From: Octopus sinensis
Taxonomy: Eukaryota
Direction: 5' to 3'
DNA length: 64,000 nucleotides
NCBI RefSeq assembly: GCF_006345805.1
Contig: NC_043010.1
Location: forward strand, 54,622,001-54,686,000
Shown here: piece by piece, positions 12,789-26,668 of the stretch
Position numbering within the stretch: the stretch's first letter is position 1
Layout of the letters: every line of letters begins with the position of its first letter
Notes under the pieces: model-generated
Database searches by the model: none
Told to the model about the DNA's origin: nothing
The model's input: only the letters and a program-made list of their open reading frames with translations
Program-made: the position numbers and the translations under genes

Positions 12789-14253
12789 CATATTACTCTA
12801 CCACTGGTATTTGAGTACTCTTTTTTCCACCTTGTTTCACATTTATGTGTTTACTCCGGTATATATATATATATATATATATATAAATACATATACACGA
12901 CGGGCTTCTTTCAGTTTCCATCAACCAAATCCACTCACTAGGCTTTGGTCGGCCCGAGGCTATAGTAGAAGGCACTTGCCATGCACGGTTATCACTAATC
13001 CTATTGAACCGTTTAATTTGCATTTACCTTTAACGGCATACACTACGGAATACAATGGTCTTTTAACTTTCTGCATCGATCCAGATTTTATTTGCAATGT
13101 TTCATAGTATGCCTTTGTAAGAAGCCGTTGCGCATCACAAGCCGAATACTCCCTACCTGAAACTGCCTCCCACAGCCAACCCATAGAGTCGGAATTATTC
13201 CATTACTGAAATCTTGTGGAAAATATAATTTTGAATCTACTTTTTGCAGCTTGTGATTGCTAACAATTACAACGTAACGTTGACCGAATTCATACACCTG
13301 AATTTCGCGACAAAATAAAAACGCATGCTTTGCGTTTCGTTAATAGTGTGTTTGCACGTTAAAGTTCAAGTGCCCTGCTTTTTAATTTCACTTCATTGTT
13401 TACATAATCATAGTTGTTTTGTAGTTCTCGCTCGTTTCTTATAGCAGAAAGCGTATTGCTGTTTTAGAATTCTTAGTTGTCATTATGTTACACTGCAGTT
13501 CATATTGAAAGGAATTAATGAAGATATTCAATATAAACGATCCGAATTTTTGTAGATTAAAGGATCTGTTCTCCTCCCAACTGTGACGCCTAGCTTCGGT
13601 TTTTTTATTCCAGATGTGATATTTTGTGGTATTGCATGGTTGCTCTTGTAAAGTGCATGATATGGAAATATCTCATTTGCAGATAACATTTTTAATTTAC
13701 TGATAAGTACTTTCACTTAGATTTTCGTTAGATGTATAAGAAATATGTTATATCAACACAGCATGGTATGCTATTTCAGATTAGACGTTCTTTCTTGATT
13801 CCTTGCAAATGTTGGAAACATATGTGCAATATATGTAACTTAATTTACCATGTCTAATTTGGATTAGGCACTGAATGATAATCCGAAGACAATAATTGAG
13901 AATTTATTACGCAGATTTAATGATAGCTGTCATACTTCTGCAATAACTCATCAACATATTCTACTACACATAGGTAAATGTTCCAGTCATCACCAAGTCT
14001 CTAATGGAGTGGACTTCATAGTAGGTCTCGGACTGCATAGTAAGTGTCAGTAGTAAAAATGATGCATCACGTTATGTATTCTAAGTAATATGGGCGATAC
14101 AAACTATTCAAGCAGAATATTGTGTAACCTTGTAACCTAGAGTATATAACAATGTTGCTGTGTATTGCAATGGTCGACTGCCATATACACGACATCACAC
14201 ATGACTGTACAAATATAGCGCGCATGACATTTACGCTCACTTGTATACAACAG

Positions 14254-14483
14254 TAGTTGATTGTTATAATGCGTCCTATGAGCCTTCTTCGGAGAATACG
14301 TGCAAGTATGATATGAGAAAGAGTGGGCTCACACAGGACCGACAGTCTAAAAGGGAAAGTTTAAGTGAAGGGTTTAGTGCACGACTTAGAAAGTTGCTCA
14401 CAACACAAGTGAGGAGAAGAGGAACGCGCAGTAGTGCTGGAAACATAGCATATGGCCCACTGAACCCAGATTTCATGGAAGAG
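14254..14483 (+). CDS. Candidate internal coding exon of an unidentified host gene
   Basis: Unique, higher-GC sequence. Acceptor caacag| with branch-like ctcac, donor gag|gtaatg, open frame VDCYNASYEPSSEN...RLRKLLTTQVRRRG..GNIAYGPLNPDFMEE. Protein not recognised. Confidence 0.45.
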
Positions 14484-14756
14484 GTAATGCAAATGTAGAA
14501 GAGAAATAAAAAAAAGAAAAGACGGAGAGCAGGAAAGATCATTTGCCTACTGCAGCGACGACTGTGTTTCTGATAAAGTATACAACAAACGAAAGAGAAT
14601 CACAAAAAACACACCTATCCCTGAGATTTTCCTTTTACTTTGTTACATATGCTGGGGTGTGGACATATAAACAACATTTCGCAAGTGAAAGCAAATCACC
14701 ATTCTGTCCACCATCTAATATTTGTACATTGGACTCATATACTACTGGTTTATATA

Positions 14757-14992
14757 TATTTCTTTGTTGCCCACAAGGGGCTAAACATAGAGAGGACAAA
14801 CAAGAACAGACAAAGGGATTAAGTTGATTACATCGACCCCCCCCCCAGTACGAAACTGGTACTTTATTTATCGACCCCGAAAGGATGAAAGGTAAAGTCG
14901 ACCTCGGCGGAATTTGAACTCAGACCGTAACGACAGACGAAATACCGGTAAGCATTTCGCCCGGCGCGCTAACGAGTCTGCCAGCACGCCGC
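14757..14992 (-). mobile_element. SINE family A, full length
   Basis: 15-bp TSD ctactggtttatata at 14742-14756 and 14993-15007. Confidence 0.9.
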
Positions 14993-15251
14993 CTACTGGT
15001 TTATATAAGCTGGTGAGGGTTTGTGTCTTAAACAGAACGGGCTAGTGTACTCGAGCTTCTGTCTTAGACATGTTACATTTATGATTTGCTATGAGACAGT
15101 TTCGATGAAGCAGATTTAAAATAGGTATGCGTTTAAAACTTATTATGCGCTGCATATGCACTGCTATACCGTATGCGTGTATATTATGCTTACATATACA
15201 AACATATATATACATATATGTGAGTGTGTGCCTGTGTCTGTATGTGCATGC

Positions 15252-15288
<37 letters not shown>

Positions 15289-15310
15289 AACATATATATA
15301 TATTATATAT

Positions 15311-15348
<38 letters not shown>

Positions 15349-15405
15349 GCTAAATGACAGGAATAAGAAATATCGTGAGTTGCATTAGCTCTATTTACTA
15401 TCGTA

Positions 15406-15640
15406 GAGGCGCGTGGCTTAGTGGTTAGGGTGTCAGCATCAAGAATGTGGTTTCAGTTACTGGACCGGTCGAGACGCGTACTGTTCTTGAACACTTCATT
15501 TCACGTTGCTCCAGTCCACTCGGCTGGCAAAAATGAGTAACGCTGCGATGGACCGGCGTCCGTCCAGCTGGGGAATACATACGCCATTGAAACCTGGAAA
15601 CCATGCCCATGAACCTGGCTAGGCTTTAAAAGGCGCATTT
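15406..15640 (+). mobile_element. CORE-like tRNA SINE with gcgatggac..ccgtccag tail (tail D)
   Basis: Head gcgcgtggcttagtggttagg, CORE-like cacttcatttcacgttgctccagtccactc, tail shared with the 34658 copy. Confidence 0.8.
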
Positions 15641-16628
15641 ATTTTATTATATATATACTGTAAGGCGTGGACAAAAGAAAAAAAGAGTGGCACAGAAATT
15701 TGGTAGGGGAATATATTCGCAACATTGTCAGAGAAAAAAACTTGGCAGATCGTAGAACCGAATAAAAGAGAAATCCTATATGGCTTCTGGGTATTGATCT
15801 ACACTTGTCGACGCAGGACATATTATGTTAAGATTTTAGCAGCGACATCAGTTCGCGTTCTGATTTCCTGGGACTACGTTTTAGGAAACCATGTTGGTTG
15901 CAACACTTTATCTATGGAGAGAGTCTTGATTTGCTAGCAACCATAGCTCGTTGGCGTGTGTGTGCGTGTGTGTGTCTGGTATGTATGAGTTCGTATCCGC
16001 TGTGAAACTTCATGTGTGATTTCGTGTATGCGTGTGCGTGCGTATGTGTACGAATTGTGTATATTAGCAATTTTTATTTCTTTTCTATAATCGCATTAGC
16101 TGTGTGCGTGTGTTTGGGTGTTTGTGCGTGTTTGTGTGAATGCGTGTGTGTGTGTGTTCCTATGTGAATCTGTGTATCTAGTATGTGTTGGTAAATGATT
16201 GCTGCGTATAAATGTAGATGTCAGAGAGATGGTAATATCAAAATATGGTAAGATGATATTTGAGACTGATTGTGCAAGGACCTTGGTTTACTTGAGGATT
16301 ATTACATTATGAAAGCGATGGTAGGTCATTGTAAATCTCACAGAGTGTTGTTCTTCTTTTGAATGGCAGAGGGCAGCATATTGAATTTGTGAGGTTTATT
16401 GCGAGTGTGTTAGATTTCTGGATTGAAAAGGTGCTTCCCTCTTTTAAGATAACAGAAGGAACTCAATATAAAACAGAAAGCTGTAGAACTTGAGTCTAAT
16501 TCGCTTCAAACACAAAACCTAGTTTGTACCAGGTGACTGTGTCCCATCACCATCAGAACCAAAATCTTCGGAGTCATGAGAGGAGAAAACTAAGAAATAG
16601 GCAGGAGAGAAAGGCTGGGCAACATTAA

Positions 16629-16907
16629 GGCGGCGAGCTGGCAGAAACGTTTGCACGCCGGGCGAAATGCTTAGCGGTATTTCGTCTGCTGCTACGCTCT
16701 GAGTTTAAATTCCGCCGAGGTTGACTTTGCCTTTCATACTTTTGGTGTCGATAAATTAAGTACCGGTTACACACTGGGGTCGATGTAATTGACTTAATCC
16801 ATTTGTCTCTCCTTGTTTGTCCTGTCTGTATTTAGCCCCTTGTGGATAATAAAGAAACAGGTATTTCGTCTGCCGCTACGTTCTGAGTTCAAATTCCGCC
16901 GAGGTCG
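16629..16907 (+). mobile_element. SINE family A, full copy plus partial second unit
   Basis: Tail aaagaaacag joins GTATTTCGTC (internal site) at 16860/16861; second unit stops at gaggtcg. Confidence 0.9.
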
Positions 16908-17682
16908 CTGTTCACTCGTTGAATCGTTATACTGTTTGAAAGAGACAAAAGAATAGTTAGATAAGATCTGACAATTATCCAAATATTGTCTCAGTTTCTT
17001 GTGTATGGTTTCTTGGTTTGCTGCTGGTGTACTGTCATTGGTTTCCTGAGAGTTGTTCCTGTGCACACGATATAGATTTCTCTGCAAACGTTGCACTTTA
17101 TGATGTAGATCACATATACACACGTATGCACACACACACACACACGCGCACACACATATACACACACCCAGAAAAAACTAGGACGTACACACAGACACAC
17201 ACTCATAGATATTCACATATAAACATGGCGAAAAACAGTCATACGGTTACATAATTATGCTTCAAATATCCATAGAAGTCACTCGGCTTTTGACGATGAT
17301 CTGTATATCTTTATATGAGGTTGGAGGGAGGGTTAATGTGCCGATGATTTAGTTGTCGTATGCAGCATGATGGTGTTCTTTTGCTTCTCTCATTAAAATG
17401 CAGAATATCAAATATTCCTCTCTCAGGATCTTTCAGAAATCTTGATATGATCAAGAACACTTCCTTTCATGTGGGACTGACACAGAATTTCTTGATTAAG
17501 TTTATCATAAGATATGTAAGGCTCTGGCAGCTTCAGTTGACTATAAGAACTTATCTTTTATAAATATCAACTCCCATCACGCGCTTGCCTAAACACATAC
17601 ATGCATACCTATATATACACACTCTCCACATGTATATCTATATACACGCAAAGATGCTTACACATACGTACGCATATACACG

Positions 17683-17733
<51 letters not shown>

Positions 17734-17820
17734 GTACACGCAAAAGTGCTTACACATACGTACGTACACACACACATATATATACATATATATATTCATA
17801 TATATGAGTGTAGACACACA

Positions 17821-17873
<53 letters not shown>

Positions 17874-18674
17874 ACACTTATATACATAAATACATATACA
17901 AACACACACATACGCACTCACGGAAGCTCGTCTGTACACTCACATGAACATATGGGAGTGGAGGAGTATGCTAAAGCTGCTAGAGTATATGAGAAATATA
18001 AACGTGTCACTTAGCAAATCCCTATGTAATTCTGTATCGAACAACATTAATAAATGAGGTCCACACTCTCTTCAGTTTATATATACGTCTGCGTATGTTT
18101 GTGTGAAGTATGTATGAGCGTGTGTATTTGTATTATTTGTCTATGCATTTAAACATATATGAATGCACATGACCACACACATACACATATGTAGTTTCAA
18201 ACACCAATATAAACACATTCACAGGCATAACAAATTATGTTCCTATCAATCGCAGAAAAGCTTCTATATTGAAACATGTAGTTTCCATAGACACGTTCTT
18301 CCTCATATTTCCCATCTCATTCTTAAAGTATTGTTTAATGACGCCATCAAGGAAATATCCACTGTAGACACTAAACTGTGTTGATGGAATCTTTAAATAT
18401 GTAATATATCTTTCAGGTAATTTCTTCCCTATCAATATAATACCAAACAAAAGAAAACGCTATCCAATTCAAAGAGAAAAGCTTCGATGAATCTATTCTT
18501 CCGCCATCATATTCTTCCTTCCTTTTATGCGAACCACATTTAGTTCAAATGTATTATTTGGCAAGTTTCTTTCTATTTTTCAACCCCAGGCTCCGTTACA
18601 TATTTTGTTCTACATTTATGTTATTTATCTTTCAATTTTCTATTCCTATATTTTATCTCTGATCTAACACTTTC

Positions 18675-18741
<67 letters not shown>

Positions 18742-19960
18742 TCATGTTTCGTAATTTCCTTCGTTAATATAATGTTAAATTTGGAATAATTCTTCCGTTC
18801 ATTTTTCTGGGACATATTTATTGATTTTTATTATTTCGCAATTCCATTTCATTGAAACAGAAATATTCTTTTGCAATATCATATATATTCTTCTTTAAAT
18901 ATTATATTTGTTGATATGTTTCTTAAATAGCTAATTATGCAATTGATCAGCTTAAGAAATCCAGGACAATATTATTCATAATATGCTAAGTCTAATATAC
19001 AATTATACTTCTGTTTAGGTTTTCCGTTCAGATTTGCTTGTAAACCATTAGGTGCCTGTATTAAAAAGATATATAAACAATCAATATAAATCTCTAATAC
19101 GGTGCGGTTTCACATTTACAAAATATACCGAATTATTTTATTTTAAATTAAATAAGCCATTTTAAATGTTGATGTTACTTATATATTTCCTTCAAGACTC
19201 TCTAGAAATACTGGAAGAAAGCATACCTTTGAATGGCACCCCTACATCTGATATGGTATTCCATGTTGTTCTTAATACGGAATCCATCTTCGTCAATCTG
19301 ATTTATATTGTGTCTTGCTTGTGATACACCTCATGACACTTTCCAAAGTAAAACCCGCTTTTCTCGTATTCATAAGAAATTTGCATGATCTCCTTTCGCA
19401 AAGTTCCTTTCATGCAAGCAGATAATTCTATTTATACTGTTGCATTAATCTGACACTTCTGGCTTCTTTTAATTAGAAAGTGGACGCACTGAAGGTGTTC
19501 ACCTTTTGCAAATATGTTTCCTTTTACGGTTCAACATTATATACCTGTATAAATAATTTCATATTAAATTACACAGGTAGTATAAGTTCCAGTATATTAA
19601 TATATATATATTAAAATGCCTTCAAATTCCAAACAGCTACAGAAGAAAGCAAAGGGCAAACCATGATTTACGAGTACCCTGATAATTTGCTTTAAGGGAA
19701 CGGAAGTGTTCACTATTTTCGAATTCCTATTATTCAAAAATAGGTTATTAAGAAGCACAAAACAGTTTCAGATATTTCCTGGACGCAATTAGAATAAAAA
19801 CGAAAAAGCATCAAAGCAAGGATGAAGAATATTTTCCAAGTGCGAAGAGTTTCCAAATCTCCATCAACTACAGAACATACAAGAGAACACCAATAATCTC
19901 GTTTTTCATCATATTCTTCACGACACATCCTACCACTTCGACAACTGATTCATATATATA

Positions 19961-19993
<33 letters not shown>

Positions 19994-21344
19994 CTGACAA
20001 ATATTTTTTTTGTAAACGAAGGTGTACTATACCAATTTAATAGTGCTTACACAAATAGTTCGTAGTATCTTAACAACTACAGATATATATAAACTTATAA
20101 ATTCAGCTGAGATTTTTTTAATATTATTTGCAAAATGATTTTCAACAAATGTATATTATTTCTTAATCCTTCTAGATTATCCCCAAAATCTAATGTGGCA
20201 AAATCGCATCCATAATATGAGTACCAAAATCTGGATTTGTTCATTCTTTTCTTCGTTATTAATTCTAAGTTATTTAACTTTAGATTATTCACTATTACTT
20301 GAAGATGTATAGAAACTTCGATATACAGAATATTAGGCTATCCGTATCAATAAGCATTCTTTTTTTTTGTTTTTGTTTTAAGTCTTGCAGCAAATCATTA
20401 ATAGTTATTGAAACATATATTCCCAGATATAGCCTCATCGCGAAGTTAATCGAATTCAGTCAAATAAAGCTGTTTCTTATTTGGTGAGGTTTTTGCATAA
20501 ACATGATTCATGATGTATTATTGACCTGAGGGAGTAACATCCAGAACATTAACTATTCTTAGTCAAGTGAAATGACGGCAGAACTTTGCAATCTTTGCCA
20601 TACAATATATCATTCATGTGATTAACGTGTCATTTGTTTAACTTTTCTGAATAATAAATATACTTTCATTACGATATTTTTCGTTTCTATATTTTTATCT
20701 TCACTGAATATGATTTCGTCTCCGATAATTTCTGTATCAATAGTTCCTTACGCAAACCACTATACAACTACAACACAGTAACTTTCTAAACCATGCGTCA
20801 AACTTCAATTTATACGTTTAACGACAAGAAATAGACATCTCTCTTTCATTATACACGACGCAGAAATAATGAGACATCATCTCATAATGTAATCCCTATG
20901 TCAAATATTAGCTACGTTTCTCGCCCAAACACTTCGACCAACTAATCTTATGAGTGTTCTCTTCGTTATTTTTATATTAGGAAGACACCTAGAGGTATTT
21001 GTCTTCTAACCGTTCGGACAATCTTTGGCTACCTATATTTGTACACGATATATGGTATATCTGGGTGATCACGTATTTCTATTCAATATGCAGAATATAA
21101 TTCTCGGGTGGTCGTTTTTCATAAGACGCCTTAGTTTATCAGTTCTGATCCTTTGTATACTTATTACATTAGAATTGCTCTCTGAAGAGAATACTCTTCA
21201 TTGAACAGTCAAACAAGTTGGGTTTAGTGTTATTGCTGTCAATAAAAACCTCTATGGTGTTTGCCATCCCAGGCAATCGGTGAACGCCAGTACGTATTGC
21301 TTGTATATATATATTATACACACACACACACACACACATACACG

Positions 21345-21430
<86 letters not shown>

Positions 21431-21529
21431 TATATATATAATATATATATATTATAATATATATATATATATGTGTGTAATATATATATATATTATATAT
21501 ATATATATATATATGTTATATATATATAG

Positions 21530-21563
<34 letters not shown>

Positions 21564-22748
21564 AAAATATGAGAGCGCTGCATATATTTGCTTCATTAAT
21601 TTTTCTAAATGTGTCGTACTGTGTTTGTCAGCCATTGAAATATGAAAACCAAATATTGAATTGAACAAAGCTATAAACAAAGAAAAAATACATAGCTAAT
21701 AAATAGCGAAATGAATGTTATTCTGCATATTAGGTTTTCTCTTATCCATAACCATTTGAACGTACGTATTCAAATTGTGTTGTTCTCTTTATATTAATGT
21801 ATATTTCTTCTAAATTTTTTAGGTCACTTATATCGCATAGGTAATTAAATGGCATTGCATTCTATCCAGAAAGCATTGCAATATATCCAGAAAATATTAC
21901 CTTATATACAGAAAGATAAACAGAAAGCTAATCGATGTAGATTAGTTTGGTGCGATTTGAACCTATATTATTAAGCGATGTAACTAAATAACGTAAGACT
22001 TCCTCTGCCTGCATAACGATTTTGCCATGCGTGGCATTTGAATAGTGTTATACGAAGTTGACTTTTTAGCAATAACCCATTGAATTAGACAAATTTTTAA
22101 AAACGTTTCGTTCAATTGACTTGAATAGATTATTTCACACAACTGTAGTTATTAGCTTCTTTATTCCAATTTCAATACATTTTCTTCTTTCTTTAAACGA
22201 TGTCAAGTAAAAGAGATTCCGACATTCACGGATATTGAGGTAGTTGATTCTGAGACACAACAAAGCTATTTATGCTTCGCGTTTCTTTTTTTTTCTTTTT
22301 ATTCAGTTAATGTCAGTTCATATTGTTCACATTTTGCCAACTTTTTTATCTATATAATTCGATTCAATTTCCAATTTATTACAAAGATTACTAAATTAAA
22401 TTTCTTTGACATATTATTTGTCGCTTTTTTTTTTCGATTCTCAAAGACTATATAAATTTTTGTGTCATTTATAGAACGATTTTGGAAATCGATGTTCACA
22501 CTGCAGCGAACCGTGCAAAGTATTTTTTTTTTATTCCAATACACATAGGCATTAAAGTGGAACATAATTTTAGTAGGCTGTTCTTGTAATTAAACTAGAA
22601 TGCGTTTACGGTGGCATTCATTGAGAGGAAATACTGAGTGTTGAAGGTCTAGTGATCCTGAATCATATCGACGTAACTGGTTTAATTTTTTTTATCATAT
22701 TCTCCGTAAGAAGCAATATCATAACTTTCATATCTATTGATTGATTCA

Positions 22749-22883
<135 letters not shown>

Positions 22884-23043
22884 TGTGTACATGTATGTAT
22901 ATGTGGGTGCTTATGGATATTTATATGCATGTCTAAATACAAACACAGACGTACATACATATTATCACACACATATACATACGCATCTATATTGCATCTA
23001 TCTATATATACATATATATGTATATACATACATACACACACAT

Positions 23044-23116
<73 letters not shown>

Positions 23117-23119
23117 TAC

Positions 23120-23173
<54 letters not shown>

Positions 23174-24289
23174 ATATATATATAGTATAATATATATATA
23201 TATATATACATTATTTCAGCAGTTTAGAAGAAATGTTAGAAATGAGAAAGAATGGTTTCTTTTCATATTTGATTCGATTCAAGCATTTCGATTTCAAATA
23301 CGACTCAAAACTTCTAAATTTTATCCTTCAGTGAGTCAATACGTAATGTATTAATTACATTAGCGATGCCTTTAAAATTATAAAAGTGTTATAAATGCGT
23401 TCTGTATCAAAATTCCTCTAAGTTCAACTTCGCTTTTCACCACTTCAGAGTGAATAAAATATGGACCTCTGAAGAACTATCACCTCTTGCTTCGAGGTGG
23501 TCCAGAAAATGTATTTTTGATTAAATCACGAAGTTTTAGCCCTAATCAGTGTTTAGGTCTGAGCAGAATTACATAAGCTGAAATACGTCGCCCGGCTTAC
23601 CGATAATCGGTGGACCCGCGCAGTTGTCGAGTGGTACCCGCGCGAGCGCAAACGACCACCCCGAAGGCCTCCACGAGGGTGGAGCTACGATTTTAGGAGG
23701 ACGATTGGGATCATGTGGATGAGAAAGGCGCGATCCAGAGAGGAGTGAGTTGCATATTAGTGAACTAAATCTCCTGTCTGAGAATAACTATTTTGGCTTC
23801 TCCCAGTAAACACAGAGGCATTTAAAACGATCATGGATGCCGTTTGTTCTTTCCTGAATAAACCATGTATTGTAGCTCGGAGTTGATTACTGTAATAAAC
23901 ATATCTCAACGGAGCCATGAATGGTGCCAGCTTCATTATTCAATTAGTTCTATTGAGCATAAAATGCGATATTTCTCACCGCTTAAATGTCTATGTAATG
24001 ACAACGAGTCACCGCAGTTTATTAATCTGTTCAACACGGAAAAATCTAAAGAGGAAAACATTAATATTTCGCACTTCTAACTTATACAGAATTCCACAAA
24101 ACAAAAATTAAATTAAAAATGTAATATATATTAGGACATAAATGTCATGATACAAAAATATTCACACCTCATTTAGCAACAGCTTAATAAACTGGGAACC
24201 GATACTGACTGCTTGATCTAGCTTAGTAAAAAAGATGAGGAGATACGAATTGTTGTAACCCTTATTACTTGAGGGGCAACGGCTCAAAA

Positions 24290-24470
24290 CTGTTGGGATC
24301 GGAGACTAGTAGATTACATCGACCCTAGTGTTTCACTGGTACTTAATTTATCGATGCCTATGGGATGAAAGGCAAAGTCGACCTCGGCGGAATTTGAACT
24401 CGGAACATGAAGACGGACGTCAAAGCACTAAATATTTTACCTGACGTGCTTTAGCTCCACCAGCCCGCCA
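24290..24470 (-). mobile_element. Older SINE family A relative
   Basis: Conserved core ggatgaaaggcaaagtcgacctcggcggaatttgaactc with diverged head and tail. Confidence 0.75.
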
Positions 24471-24914
24471 CATTTGATATGAAAAGTAATAATAAATGCA
24501 GAAACACGAAAATGCACACGCACCGTGTATTTGTGACTGTTTGTGCGTGTGTGTTTTGGGGGTGTATGTCTGCGTGTATGTGCGCGTGTGAAAGTCTGTG
24601 TATGTGTTTGCAAGTTAGTTTATGTCTATGTAGGTGTCCATGTCCAAAAAACTGATATTCACACATAGACTATCGTAAGGTATGCTATGATTTTTAGCAC
24701 TCTCAAATACCACTTGTTAATATAGTATATCGGATGTTTAAAATCTAACGTATAGGCCTCATTGCGAATTGCTATACGTATCTTATAGTTTACTCTAAGT
24801 AATAAAAATTACTTTAGAATTCCATATTCCACTGAATCAAAGAGTAATTTTTACACCGAACCTCTGTATTTGAAATACTAGGAACTAGGTTTTGTTCAAA
24901 GAAAGAGTGAACAT

Positions 24915-25310
24915 AAACATGATAGTATCAGTGAAGATAACAGAAATTTCTATCAGTGAAAATAACAGTATTTTTACAAAGGTGTACTTGCATAGCAAGT
25001 AATCTGCTCTGAGATCGTGTGCTGGAACGAAAACAATTGCAGCGTGGAAGGTGTTTATAAGCGATTTAAGAAACACACAAAAACCGTTATATTCACTTCA
25101 ACATTTAAATTTAATTTGCCAATATATTTCGTCGCTTTGAGACCTCGACCCGTTTACTGACAAAATTCCGTGCTGCTGTAACAGTATTTTTTATCAGTGA
25201 AAATTGGAATAATTTTGTATCAATGATAATCACTGTAATTTCTAACAATAGTTTCTGTATCAGTGGAAGTAACAATAATTTCTATTCAGTGCATATTGAA
25301 GCAGTTATTT
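24915..25310. repeat. Degenerate ~24-bp minisatellite (tatcagtgaaaataacagtaatttc-like), interrupted
   Basis: Repeated tatcagtg(a/g)a..aaca units at 24925-24975 and 25180-25290. Confidence 0.6.
25034..25178 (-). mobile_element. Penelope-like end fragment, same family as 58263-58478, with decayed G3:C8 hammerhead
   Basis: Aligns in reverse to ~58340-58478; core reads GTAAACG (G3 and C8 kept, G5A and A9G). Confidence 0.75.
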
Positions 25311-26561
25311 AAAAATCATTAGGTGTTAACTGAATTATATTAGAGGATGGATCATTAATGCGGCACATCTATTCGGGATTTTGTTTGGTGTGGAGAAGTT
25401 GTTACACACTAGTTTCCAAATCGATTACACAGCATTATTTAAAATCGCAGCCGTTAAAATATGTAGCTCATCTCTGCCCGCTCTACCACGTTCTGAGCAT
25501 ACGATGCAAAAGCTGATGATCTTCCTCAAAAAGCTGCATCGAATCTCTGCAAATGTGGTTTGATGTACAATTGCTTTTAGTATTTGACTCCATTTTGAAT
25601 GAGACACACCGGCGCCTAAGCATGTATTATACTCAGAGGATAACATTAAAGAAACAAAATCGTGAACTACACATCAGTTTATAGCCTGTGTGTCTATAGC
25701 ATTTTCACGCCTACCCGATAAATTAAGCGAACTTTAGTTTCGCTAATATATTTTTTTGAAATGTTTCCAAAAACAAATTTTTGGCAATTACCAATGAAGA
25801 AACAAATTCACTCTTATAGTATAAAGTGTAAAAACACCATATATTAGAGCTAGTAATGTAGTAACTGGAAATCTGACAGGGAGTAGCACTGGAAAGATTT
25901 GGTGATTTTACACCTTTTAGCATAATTGAGAAATTTTCTTCACAGTAATCGCAGTGAATTTGCCATTAGAATTTCAAATAAGTAACAAGCATATTTTAAA
26001 TAACCCAAAGCTCGTTTATACCTAAACACGCACACTCACAAGTAAAATCTCTAGACATACTCTAAATGAGTAGTTTGATTTATCACTTAAGTTTCACCTT
26101 CCGTGATTTCGAGGAAATTAAGCCATCGCCATGTACATCTATAATGAATATGTTATATTCTTTCATGTTCTAAGTTAGTATAGAGTTCTATATCTAAGTC
26201 AGACTTTACGACTGTAATGTACGAGCCTACGCAAGAATATAAACATGTGTATGCATGTGTATGTTTGTGTATAAGTGAGTGTGGATATATATAATACATC
26301 TGTGTGTGTGTGAGTGTGTGTGGGAACTTGTGTGTGCATTGCATACATTCGATATAAACATTTATCATTGTTACAAAATAAAATAAATATATAAAGGCCA
26401 TAACAATTTGAAAAACACATATTCGCATACAGTGGAAGAAGAACAAACACAAAAAGAATAAAATTAAATTAAAACTATTCATACTTGATATCAACAAAAT
26501 TGTATTTACAGAACTTATATATACATACGTATATATATATATGTATATACACATAAATACA

Positions 26562-26668
<107 letters not shown>

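Larger units (their letters stand above)
12128..12990 (-). mobile_element. Two tandem, partly truncated SINE family B copies (CORE-like, internal microsatellite)
   Basis: Repeated blocks cgggcttctttcagtttc..accaaatccactcac..ggtcggcccgagg and gtaaacacaccagcatcggtt. The second copy's microsatellite hosts the 12632 palindrome. Confidence 0.85.

Noticed and set aside
16794-17165. 123-aa minus-strand ORF with a plausible middle section
   Set aside because: Begins in a microsatellite, ends in a SINE, lacks a convincing donor and has no recognisable homology.
19230-19430. Minus-strand protein-like stretches (ELSACMKG..FGKCHEVY / IDEDGFRIKNNMEYH)
   Set aside because: Needs a frameshift, has weak acceptors and no recognised family; cannot be supported without a search.
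23469-23510. CTGAAGA..hairpin..GAAA
   Set aside because: The base of stem II is unpaired and no stem I forms; at best a heavily decayed relic.
24915-25310. Repeat units separated by variable sequence (CRISPR-like appearance)
   Set aside because: Degenerate eukaryotic minisatellite with irregular spacing and no cas genes.
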